This document shows, piece after piece, positions 45,574 through 54,000 of a DNA stretch of 64,000 nucleotides. Origin of the DNA: Nitrospirota bacterium (lineage in GTDB: Bacteria; Nitrospirota; UBA9217). The first letter of the stretch is position 1, and each line of letters begins with the position of its first letter. The position numbers were made by a program, and so were the translations under genes. Where the stretch lies: positions 96,001-160,000 of the forward strand of contig CAWFSF010000001.1 in NCBI GenBank assembly GCA_963818475.1, in the 5' to 3' direction. Under the pieces are notes generated by a model. That model did not search any database and was not told the origin of the DNA. It worked only from the letters and a program-made list of their open reading frames with translations.

Positions 45574-45805
45574 CACCTGCACTTTTTAAGTCTATCCGCA
45601 TTTATCATAGCCTTTATCGGATTCTTCCGTGTCAAAGGTTTTCCTTTTTTGTTGTAGGCCCTAGGCCGTTACTATGATATACTGAGGCGTTTTTCATGCC
45701 CGCATTGACTGGATCAGCTCGAGATGCTGCAATGCCTTATCGAGAACCGCATCGTCCCCGAGATCGCCTAAGCCTGCCCAGAAGTCATAAGAGAAAAAAC
45801 TTTTT

Positions 45806-45905
45806 TATCCGCAGATTACGCAAAATTGACGCAGATTAATGCAACACGATCAGGTTCGATTTAATCTGTGAAATCTGTGGATACAATATTGACCTGAGCA
45901 GTTAC
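45806..45905. repeat. Inverted 9/10-mer-array element plus an orphan CCTGAGCAGTTAC end
   Basis: tatccgcagatt-acgcaaaatt-gacgcagatt ... aatctgtga-aatctgtggata; cctgagcagttac resembles the end at 19141. Confidence 0.65.
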
Positions 45906-45989
45906 TTTTTCCCGCCTTTTCCTTCATCGAAAGACCCACACACGCATCTCATTCTTGACACTCCCCCCGCACATGGACTATTATTAACC

Positions 45990-46661
45990 ATGATCACCGT
46001 AAAACTATTTGCCATGCTGAAAGAACGGGCCGGTTGCGATGAACTGCGGATCAATGCCGGACCGGTCACGATCGCTGAGCTGTTGCTTACGGTCGCGAGG
46101 GAGCACCCGGCCCTTTCCGGCCTGCTTTCTCAGGGGCGGGTCATGACCGCCCTGAACCACGAACTGGTAAAGCCCGATGCACGCGTCAAGGATGGCGATG
46201 AAGTGGCGCTTATGCCTCCCTTCTCAGGCGGCAGCGCTGCAGGGCATATCCGCATCCAGGAGGCTACCTTCTCGCTGGATGAGGAGACCGACCGCCTGAA
46301 GGGCTCATCAAACGCCATTGGCGCCATCGTCACCTTCCTCGGCACGACCCGCGACATTTCGCGCGGGGCGGAGGTGTCACAGCTCCAGTTCGAGCATTAC
46401 CCGGGCATGGCGGAAAAAAAGCTTACTGAGATCAGGGAACGGGCCATGAAAGAGCTGGGGGCGATCGACGTAACGATCATTCATCGCGTGGGGACCATAC
46501 CGGTGGGAGAGAATATTGTGCTGATCGCGGCAGCCGCAAGCCATCGCGACGAGGCATTCAAGGCATGCCGGTTCTGCATTGACGAGTTAAAGCGGATCAC
46601 GCCCATCTGGAAACGGGAGACGACAAAGGACGGCGAGGTCTGGGTGGAGGAACATCCGTGA
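45990..46661 (+). CDS. Fused molybdopterin synthase MoaD-MoaE
   Basis: 'VKLFAMLKE..G', internal 'PPFSGG', then 'GAIVTFLGTTRD', 'EHYPGMA', 'HRVG', 'HRDEAF', 'PIWKRE'. Confidence 0.92.
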   Translation: MITVKLFAMLKERAGCDELRINAGPVTIAELLLTVAREHPALSGLLSQGRVMTALNHELVKPDARVKDGDEVALMPPFSGGSAAGHIRIQEATFSLDEETDRLKGSSNAIGAIVTFLGTTRDISRGAEVSQLQFEHYPGMAEKKLTEIRERAMKELGAIDVTIIHRVGTIPVGENIVLIAAAASHRDEAFKACRFCIDELKRITPIWKRETTKDGEVWVEEHP

Positions 46662-46667
46662 ACAACA

Positions 46668-46734
46668 TTTCGGATTGCAGATTGCGGATTGCGGATTAAA
46701 ATCCTCAGACCTTAGTAAATCCGAAATCCGCAAT
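46668..46734. repeat. Inverted 7-mer-array element (TTGCGGA)n ... (TCCGCAA)n
   Basis: tttcgga ttgcaga ttgcgga ttgcgga tt ... aatccga aatccgc aat; related single arms at 21490-21508 and 48789-48815. Confidence 0.75.
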
Positions 46735-46738
46735 AGAA

Positions 46739-47158
46739 TCACTTCTTCGCTGCTTTTTTCCCGCTCTTCAGGAACACCACGCAGGTCGTGCAATCGTTCT
46801 CCATGCGGCACCGGGTCGTTTCCCAGCAGGGCTTGCCCTTGTCCGTAAATGCCGTACAGACCACCCGCCGTTCGTCAGGGCATTCCTTGATGTCCCAGCA
46901 GGGCGCGTAGTCAAGGAGCTTCTTGATGCCTTCGATGCTGATCTTCTTCGTGTGGATCAGCTCCCGGATGCAGCGCAGCCACTTGATGTCGTTCTCGGTG
47001 TACAGGCGGTTCCTGCGCTCGCGCGTCGGCAGGATCAGGCCGTGCTTCTCGTAGAGCCGGAGCGTCTGCGCGGTCGTTCCCACCAGTTTCGCCGCCACAC
47101 CCATGGTGTAGAGCGGTGCATCTTTGTCTTTGAGAATATCCAGGCTATCCGCTACCAT
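46739..47158 (-). CDS. MerR/HspR-like regulator with a C-terminal Cys-rich (two-CW) domain
   Basis: 'PLYTMGVAAKLVG..AQTLRLYEKHGLI.P.R...RLY'; 'CWDIKEC.....C.A......CWE..C...C..C'. Confidence 0.85.
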   Translation of the reverse strand: MVADSLDILKDKDAPLYTMGVAAKLVGTTAQTLRLYEKHGLILPTRERRNRLYTENDIKWLRCIRELIHTKKISIEGIKKLLDYAPCWDIKECPDERRVVCTAFTDKGKPCWETTRCRMENDCTTCVVFLKSGKKAAKK

Positions 47159-47904
47159 ATGTTTTTTATTTTCTCCCAGAAAGTGATCGAATACGAGGTC
47201 AGGAGCGTCATGCTGTTGGTGATGAGCAAGAGCCCCATGATGATCAGAACAACGCCGCTCGCGATCTTGATCGCCTTGAAATGCGTCTTCAGCCTGCCGG
47301 AGTACGTCAGGAACGCGCCGATCGCCAGCGCGGAAAGGATAAAGGGAATGCCGAGGCCGAGCGAATAGAACATGAGCAGCACCATGCCCCGGCCCAGGGT
47401 GTCGGCCTCCATGGCAAGCGCCAGGACCGACCCCAGGAACGGTCCGGTGCAGGGCGTCCAGCCTGCGCCGAAGATCATCCCGACGATGATCGTGCCGATA
47501 TATCCCGCAGGCCTGCTCTTGAGCTGCAGCTTTGCCTCACGCTGCAGGAACGGGATGTTCACCACGTCCATGACAAAGACGCCCATGATGATGATCAATA
47601 CGCCGCCGACGATCCTGATGACGTCCAGGTACTGCGTGAGGACCTGGCCCATGAGGCTCGCCGTGGCCCCCAGCAGCACGAAGATGATCGAAAAACCGGC
47701 CACGAACGCCAGCGAATGCTGCAGCGTGGTCCGCACGTTCTTTTTTTGCGTCCCAGGGCTCACCAGCTCTTCATAGCTGATGCCGGTGATATAGGAAACG
47801 TAGGACGGGATGAGCGGGAGAATGCACGGAGAGGCGAAGGACACCAGACCCATGAGCAGCGAGAACATCAGAGCATACAGCGTCAATCCCTGAGAAAGGT
47901 CCAT
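47152..47904 (-). CDS. ccdA: Cytochrome c biogenesis thiol-disulfide transporter
   Basis: 'SFASPCILPLIPSY', 'GWTPCTGPFLG', 'YSLGLGIPF'. Confidence 0.92.
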   Translation of the reverse strand: MDLSQGLTLYALMFSLLMGLVSFASPCILPLIPSYVSYITGISYEELVSPGTQKKNVRTTLQHSLAFVAGFSIIFVLLGATASLMGQVLTQYLDVIRIVGGVLIIIMGVFVMDVVNIPFLQREAKLQLKSRPAGYIGTIIVGMIFGAGWTPCTGPFLGSVLALAMEADTLGRGMVLLMFYSLGLGIPFILSALAIGAFLTYSGRLKTHFKAIKIASGVVLIIMGLLLITNSMTLLTSYSITFWEKIKNIW

Positions 47905-48158
47905 GCCATCAAACTCCCTTATGATGAGCCGCGGAAAAGATAGGTGGTGCATAATACCAAAGCTTAATCCGGAGAGTCAAGGAAAACTTTTATAAACTGT
48001 GGTTATATATCATTTGCCGCTACGTTTTGTAACGATAAATCCGAGGGACTGAACGCGTTTCTGCGCCGCGAACGGCCATTTTTTTATTGACAGAATCAGC
48101 AGATTTTTAGTATTCTTGCAGTCCCACAGAATACTTTCAGAGGAGGCATTTGATAACA

Positions 48159-48785
48159 ATGTATATAGACCAGCCTGTACGCCATTTTATGGACAAGCTT
48201 GCGAGCAAATCACCGGAGCCGGGCGGAGGCAGCGTGGCCGCGCTCACCGGCGCGCTTGGCGCCGCGCTCGTCAGCATGGTGGCGAATCTGACGCTCGGCA
48301 AGGAAAAGTACAAGGATGTACAGCCGCAGATCGAGGCATTGCTTGCGGAATCGGAAAAGCTCCGCGCCGAGATGCAGGACCTGATCCAGAAGGACACCGA
48401 GGCCTACGGCGCGCTGTCCGCGGTGTACAAGATGCCGAAGAACACCGATGCGGAAAAGGCGGCGCGGACGGCAACGATGCAGGAGGCGCTTAAAAAGGCC
48501 TGCCAGGTGCCGTTCGAGATCGGGATCAAATCGCTCGAGGTCGCGAAGCTCGCGGAGCGGGCAGCCGACATCGGCAACGTCGGAGCGGTGAGCGATGCAG
48601 GCGTGGCGGTGCTGCTCGCCCAGGCCTGCGCCCAGAGCTCGGCGCTCAACGTCAAGATCAACGTCAACAGCATCAAGGACGAGGCGTTCAACAAGGAAAC
48701 CTGGACACGCATGCAGGACGTGCTGAAGCAGGTGGCGGCGCTTGAAAAGACCGTGATGGAAACAACGTATAAAAAGATGGGATAG
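48159..48785 (+). CDS. fchA: Cyclodeaminase/cyclohydrolase family (FchA-type methenyl-THF cyclohydrolase)
   Basis: 'LASKSPEPGGGSVAAL.GALGAALVSMVANLT.GK', 'VSDAGVA', 'NVKINV'. Confidence 0.82.
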   Translation: MYIDQPVRHFMDKLASKSPEPGGGSVAALTGALGAALVSMVANLTLGKEKYKDVQPQIEALLAESEKLRAEMQDLIQKDTEAYGALSAVYKMPKNTDAEKAARTATMQEALKKACQVPFEIGIKSLEVAKLAERAADIGNVGAVSDAGVAVLLAQACAQSSALNVKINVNSIKDEAFNKETWTRMQDVLKQVAALEKTVMETTYKKMG

Positions 48786-48851
48786 TCTCGAATTTCGGAT
48801 TGCGGATTTCAGAATGCAATCTTAAAATACACTTTACATAAGGAGTCTGAC

Positions 48852-49704
48852 ATGGCGGCAAAACTGTTAACGGGAAAAGAAGTTGCTCAGAAGATGGACC
48901 AGGATATCCAGAAGGACGTCCAGGAGCTGAAGGCAAAAGGCGTCAATCCGGCGCTCAGGATCATGATCGTGGGCGAAGCGGAGGATTCGGTCTTTTACGC
49001 GAACAGCGCGAAGAAGATGGCTGAAAAGAACGGCATCCTCTGCGAGATCGAACAGCTTGCCGGCACCATGAGCCAGGACGAGTTCGTGAACATCCTGAAG
49101 CAGCGGAACGCCGACAAGAACATCCACGGCATCATCGTGATGCGGCCGTTCCCGAAGCAGATCAGCGAGGATGTGGTGAAGTACGTGCTTTCGCCGGAGA
49201 AGGATGTCGACTGCTTCAACCCGGTGAATGCCGGCAAGATCATGGCCGGCGACATGACCGGCTTCCCGCCGGCGACGCCGCAGGCCGTCATGGAGATGCT
49301 CCGGTTCTATGAGATCCCGATGTCCGGCAAGGATGCGGTGGTCATCGGCCGCTCCATGGTCGTCGGCAAACCCATGTCCATGCTGCTCCTGGGAGAGAAC
49401 GCCACGGTCACGGTCTGCCATTCGAAGACCAAGGACCTGCCCGGCGTATGCAGACGGGCGGATATCGTCGTTGCAGCCATCGGCAAGGCAAAGATGATCA
49501 CGACGGATTACATCAAGCCGGGCGCCACGGTCATGGATGTGGGCATCAATCCCGAAGGCGACAAGTTCGTCGGCGACGTGAACACCGAGGCGGTCAAAGG
49601 AAGTCGCCGGGGCGATCACGCCGGTGCCGGGCGGCGTCGGCACGGTCACGACGCGCGTGCTGCTGAAGCATGTGGTCAAGGCGGCGAAGCTGCAGAACCG
49701 GTAA
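48852..49704 (+). CDS. folD: Methylene-THF dehydrogenase, FolD family (one indel near 49600)
   Basis: 'PEKDVD', 'PATP', 'IGRSMVVGKP', 'CHSKT', 'DVGIN', shifted 'ITPVPGGVGTVTT'. Confidence 0.9.
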
Positions 49705-49787
49705 GGCAGGGTCACAGGGTTCAGGGGTCAGGGGGAGAAAAGCACCGGCCTTCGATCTCATGCCATATAATCAACTTTCAAAACAAG

Positions 49788-49821
49788 AAACCCGGAAGGC
49801 TTCATGCCCTCCGGGTTTTTT
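49788..49821 (+). terminator. Rho-independent terminator
   Basis: aaacccggaaggc..gccctccgggtttttt. Confidence 0.75.
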
Positions 49822-49822
49822 A

Positions 49823-49960
49823 AGGCTGTTGAAAAACGCATCCGTTGATAGTCTTCGATAAGCTCAGTGCGCACGGCTGGTCATTGAAATCACTTAGCTT
49901 ATATGCGATCGTGAGTGAGCGTGTCAACCACTCAAATGACTTATTTCAACAGCACTGCTA
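49823..49960. mobile_element. MITE-like element with GCTGTTGAAA terminal inverted repeats around a decayed REP-like hairpin
   Basis: aggctgttgaaaaa ... tttcaacagc; internal cttcgataagctcag..acgg / cgatcgtg..tgagcgtgtcaacc. Confidence 0.6.
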
Positions 49961-50245
49961 ATGTTTCGCTCGCAAATGAGCGGCTTTCTTGACTTTTACA
50001 AAGCATCATACTTACCTATTCCCAAAAACCAAACAAAAAAAACTTGACACGAAGCGCCGGACGCTATATAAAGATAAATACGTATATGTATGAGAATGCG
50101 ATTTTCTGCAACTCCAATGATAGTCAGGGGGTGAAGCTTTTAAAGGTTACACTGGAGTAAGGTAGATTTACCATGAGCGTTTGTTTCAAAAGCCCTGATC
50201 CACTTTTTTCAAGATCCTAAATTCTAAATTAAAAGGAGACATAAG

Positions 50246-50812
50246 ATGAAAAGACTTGTTATTATCGCATTGACACTCGCAATGGTGGCCGGTATCGGAA
50301 TCGGAACTGCATCAGCCGCAAACAGCCTGGAGCAGGGCAACATAAGCGTCGGCGTGGGAATGGGAGACAGCGTATTCAACCATAACAATGAGGCCTTCGG
50401 TCCTTCTGACGTTCTCAACCTTAGCGCGCGGTATTTAATCACGAAAGATCTGGCTATCGTAGGCGGATTCGGATTAGAGGTCGGTGGCGGCGATTTTGAT
50501 TCCACCTATTTCAGTTTCACCGGCGGAGTGCGGAAATATCTTTCGACTAACGATTTCGCGCCTTTTGTCGGAGGTCAGCTTACCTACGCTGCTTATGAAG
50601 AAGAGAACCCCGCCGGCGCTACGGTTGTCGATCTGAACATGATCGATCTTTCCGCAGTGCTCGGTGCTGAATATTTCCTGGGTCAGCAGTTCAGTCTCGA
50701 GGGTTCAGTAGGCCTTGGTTTCGCTCAGTACAGTGACGACATCAACGTCGATAGCGATAGGACCGTTTTCGGCACTCGCAGCGTAGGTGTGAAGGCGAAT
50801 TTTTATTTTTAA
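50246..50812 (+). CDS. Small outer-membrane beta-barrel (about 8 strands)
   Basis: Signal peptide ending ASA; alternating strands; 'GAEYF', 'FSLEGSVG'; C-terminal 'ANFYF'. Confidence 0.85.
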   Translation: MKRLVIIALTLAMVAGIGIGTASAANSLEQGNISVGVGMGDSVFNHNNEAFGPSDVLNLSARYLITKDLAIVGGFGLEVGGGDFDSTYFSFTGGVRKYLSTNDFAPFVGGQLTYAAYEEENPAGATVVDLNMIDLSAVLGAEYFLGQQFSLEGSVGLGFAQYSDDINVDSDRTVFGTRSVGVKANFYF

Positions 50813-50841
50813 TCGGACTTGAAACGCTGCTTCAATTAATG

Positions 50842-50873
50842 AACCGGAAAGCTTTGAGCTTTCCGGTTTTTTT
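50842..50873 (+). terminator. Rho-independent terminator
   Basis: aaccggaaagct..agctttccggtt followed by a T-run. Confidence 0.85.
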
Positions 50874-50934
50874 TATTCAGGGCAAGTTCGACAGCCTGCA
50901 GGTGATTGAACAACGGAGCGCGAGGAGAGTAATC

Positions 50935-51241
50935 ATTCAGGTCGAAGGTCGAAGGTTGAAACATTCGTAAAGAGCCAAGAAAGCCGTCTTTGCGAGCGAA
51001 GCGAGCAGTCTCGTTGTCGGTGCCTGATAATTCGAGATTGCCGCGTCGCCCTGCTCCTCGCAATGACAGCGGTCAGGAGGACTTCTTACGAGATCATCAA
51101 GGTTGGATGACTGAAAGATGAAGACTGCAAATAAGGGCACTTGAATTGGCTGAACCAAGCATCGCGGTTTTTTTTACAAACAAACTTCAGCCTTCAACCT
51201 CAACACCTGCATTCTTCATCCTTCAGCCTCAACACCTGAAT
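50935..51241. mobile_element. Triple-nested palindromic (MITE/REP-like) element
   Basis: Outer attcaggtcgaaggtcgaaggttga / ttcagcctcaacacctgaat; middle ttga..tcgtaaagag / cttcttacgagatcatcaa; inner gtctttgcgag..gcagtctc / gagattgc..ctcgcaatgac. Confidence 0.7.
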
Positions 51242-51269
51242 TCCATGGCCTTCCGTCCCTCTCCCCATA

Positions 51270-51304
51270 AAAAAAACCCCGGGAAAGGATCTTCCCGGGG
51301 TTTC
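51270..51304 (-). terminator. Rho-independent terminator of the porin gene
   Basis: aaaccccgggaa..ttcccggggttt with a U-tract on the minus strand. Confidence 0.85.
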
Positions 51305-51354
51305 TCGTATGCTTGACAACCCTGCCGGGGTTAACCGGCCTGGCGGTACTGCTT

Positions 51355-52671
51355 TTAGAACTTGAAGCTCAACACAGCCTGGATCGCTTGTGCAGGATCT
51401 GCATCCACGGTCCCAAACTTGTAGGCATCGCCCGGAATGAAGTAGCCGATGGTGGTGTTCAATGCCAGGTTCTCGTAGAGTTTCCAGTTGATCTTGGCAT
51501 CGATTTCCATACCGAGATCGCTTTCCGGCGCTCCACCATTGATGGCGACATCCTCGGTGGCCATGAGCCACCATGCATCAGCACCGATCATGAGGTTCTT
51601 GGTCACGTTGAAGCCGGCACCCACGCTCACAGCGGTGGTGTTGGCGAAACCGGTGCCCTTGGTCTTAAAGGACTGCTGGGCCGCGGTATTAATGAGATAT
51701 TCATAGATGAGGGTGTAATGCGTATCGCCATCCAGGAATGCAATAAATTCCTTCACATCCGTGTCACCGGCCTTTGCGCCGCTGCCGCGTGCAACGGTCG
51801 CATTGATCGTAAGAGCATCCAACGGGAGATTCGCCTGCAGAACAAACTGGTTGCCCTTGAACTTAGTCTCGCTCCCATCCTCATTTGTGACATCACCCAT
51901 CTGGACATCAACTTCGGCATTCAGCTTTACCGGTCCGATGTCGCCGGAGAAGTGGAGTCCGAGGTTCTGAAGACTGCCTTCGGTAACGGTGTTGGGTGTG
52001 ACTAAACCATAGAGAGCGTTAAACGTCTTACCATTGCGGTCCATGATATTGGTAAAATTGACGCCGGCCGACATTGTGTCGCTTATCTTGTAGGTTCCAA
52101 CGAAAGCGTAGGCATCAGTGTCATCAGCCTCTGTAGGGACACCTTCGCCGACCTTGATATCAACAAAGCCGAGGTGGAGTGCATCGATGTCCGAATACAC
52201 TACCCATGCGTCAGATCCGTACTTCATGGAACGGAAGAACCAGGCATTGCCAAGCTGCAGGAGCATATGGCCGCCCTTGACGCCGACCGGGGTTCCCGGT
52301 ACCTTAAAGCCGATCCATGCCTCGCGAAGAGCAAGCTGCGTGCCATGAGTCGTTGTTGCGGTTGTAGGACTAGTTATCGTTGTGGTTTCAGCACCATTCC
52401 CCTGTACTGATTCAAACCTGCCCCAGGCATCCCAGTCGTTCTCAATGCCTATCCGGCCGCTCAGAGCATCGCCGGCCTTGGCGTCGATGTTCAGCCGTAC
52501 CCGCTCACTGGTGATGTTCTGATTGTCATGCGTGGCATCGGCCAGGTCCAGGTTCGTGAGGTTCCGCAGACGATACTCAATGCTGCCGTTCACCGAAACA
52601 TCGGCGGCGAACGCCATGGAGCTCATACAGGTCATAACTACGATTACCAATAGTACCAGAAACTTCTTCAT
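51355..52671 (-). CDS. Major outer-membrane porin (alginate-export-like barrel)
   Basis: Signal peptide ending AFA; 'ERVRLNIDAKA', 'LREAWI', 'LGMEIDAKINWKLYENL', C-terminal 'LSFKF'; strong RBS. Confidence 0.85.
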   Translation of the reverse strand: MKKFLVLLVIVVMTCMSSMAFAADVSVNGSIEYRLRNLTNLDLADATHDNQNITSERVRLNIDAKAGDALSGRIGIENDWDAWGRFESVQGNGAETTTITSPTTATTTHGTQLALREAWIGFKVPGTPVGVKGGHMLLQLGNAWFFRSMKYGSDAWVVYSDIDALHLGFVDIKVGEGVPTEADDTDAYAFVGTYKISDTMSAGVNFTNIMDRNGKTFNALYGLVTPNTVTEGSLQNLGLHFSGDIGPVKLNAEVDVQMGDVTNEDGSETKFKGNQFVLQANLPLDALTINATVARGSGAKAGDTDVKEFIAFLDGDTHYTLIYEYLINTAAQQSFKTKGTGFANTTAVSVGAGFNVTKNLMIGADAWWLMATEDVAINGGAPESDLGMEIDAKINWKLYENLALNTTIGYFIPGDAYKFGTVDADPAQAIQAVLSFKF

Positions 52672-53306
52672 CGTTTATCCTCCTATTCAAGTTTTGTCCC
52701 GGCAAGCCGGAACAGTTAGCACATCTATGTATAATAATGTGGAGCAACGCAACTGCTATAGTAACATTATGAGGTGAGCTCACCCCCCCTTTCGCACTGG
52801 AGTATGAATCTGGTAGACACGCAGCTGAGCAAATGCAAGTTCTCGTGACGAACTGATATAAATTTTAAATTTGAATGCAGTGGATTGACGAAATGAGCAT
52901 CCCGCGAGAACGCCGTCGGAAAGACCGGAGAATTGCTCGGGGACGAAGCGGTGCGATCGTGGTATGTAGGTCTGATAGTGGTTATCATAGGTTGAATAAC
53001 TTGCACTGCCACTATTACAAACTACATGAAACTCGATGCCGAAGGTATGCCGTAAATATTGGTGTAGGACTGAAAAACTATACCAAAGTGGTATATTCAA
53101 GTCAAGACTTTTCTAGCCCATTAATAACATAAAAATAAGGCCTTATATGTGCAGTTTATTGAAACTATTGCGGGGCATGCTGCAGAATAACTTGCTGGTT
53201 CGAGATGTGACAATACCGGCAGTGAGGACGGATGATCAAGTCCGCTATTGCAGAACCTGACTCCTTTCTCCTTGCATAATAAAAAAACACATGCTATAAA
53301 CCATCC

Positions 53307-53867
53307 ATGTCAACCAACCTCACACGTGAAGAACAGATCGTCATGGCAGGCCAAACCTACGGCCGCGGACATGATATTGCGTACCGCACGGGACTTGTCC
53401 TGCAGGTCCTCGGCGCAGCGTTCCTTGCCGTGCTCTATCCACTCCAGAGCCCGTTCTACACCATCGGGATCATGCTGTTCGAGGCGGGGGTGCTGCTGTC
53501 CGGCATATTCCTCCCCGTCAGGATGTCCTTGGCGAAAATACTTATCATCGGATCGATCCTGACGGGACTCGCGCTTCAGGTCGCCGGGTTCCACGTGCAG
53601 GAACAGCACGCGGGACTCATGATCATAGCCGGCATTGGACTGGTCTGCGTGGGGGCTGCCGGCATGGCGGGAAAGGAAGCATACTATTTCGGCTACCGCG
53701 AAGGATGGCTGCTCATGCTGCTGGCGCCGTTCATGGTCCTGGTCAATCTCCTCGGCAAAGAGAACCCTGTGCTGAATGCCATCGGGTTTTCGATCGTTTT
53801 CCTGCTCCAGCTCTCACTGGTCGGGAGGAAACTGAAGCAAAGTGCAGAGGTAAGATGTAAGAAGTAA
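53307..53867 (+). CDS. Integral membrane protein (DUF2301-like)
   Basis: About 6 TM helices; 'YRTGL', 'AGKEAYYFGYREGW'. Confidence 0.7.
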   Translation: MSTNLTREEQIVMAGQTYGRGHDIAYRTGLVLQVLGAAFLAVLYPLQSPFYTIGIMLFEAGVLLSGIFLPVRMSLAKILIIGSILTGLALQVAGFHVQEQHAGLMIIAGIGLVCVGAAGMAGKEAYYFGYREGWLLMLLAPFMVLVNLLGKENPVLNAIGFSIVFLLQLSLVGRKLKQSAEVRCKK

Positions 53868-53989
53868 GAGGACAGATAAAAGATGGCGAATCCACATGCG
53901 AAAACATAACTTCAGAAATCTGAAAATTGCTCTTGCATTCGCTCAAAAGCCCTCTAGTCTTACCTCTTTCATCTTACTTCTTTCATCAC
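53849..53989 (+). mobile_element. Inverted 7-mer-array element carrying an internally deleted four-helix-bundle gene
   Basis: gtaagat gtaagaa gtaagag; ATG at 53896 gives MRKHNFRNLKI joined to ALAFAQK; then tcttacc tctttca tcttact tctttca. Confidence 0.6.
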
Positions 53990-54000
53990 GCTTCTTCCTT

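Noticed and set aside
45660-45960. Moco riboswitch upstream of moaD-moaE
   Set aside because: No recognisable Moco RNA consensus, and the gene appears leaderless from its own promoter.
52767-53132. Short ORFs or a c-di-GMP riboswitch upstream of the porin
   Set aside because: No RBS or family motifs, and I could not find GEMM consensus features. A hairpin at 52895-52938 exists but cannot be assigned without an Rfam scan.
53849-53989. Diversity-generating retroelement, given the Avd-like family link
   Set aside because: No reverse transcriptase and no template/variable repeat pair with adenine-specific differences in the window. The 4629-5777 duplication differs at all base types.
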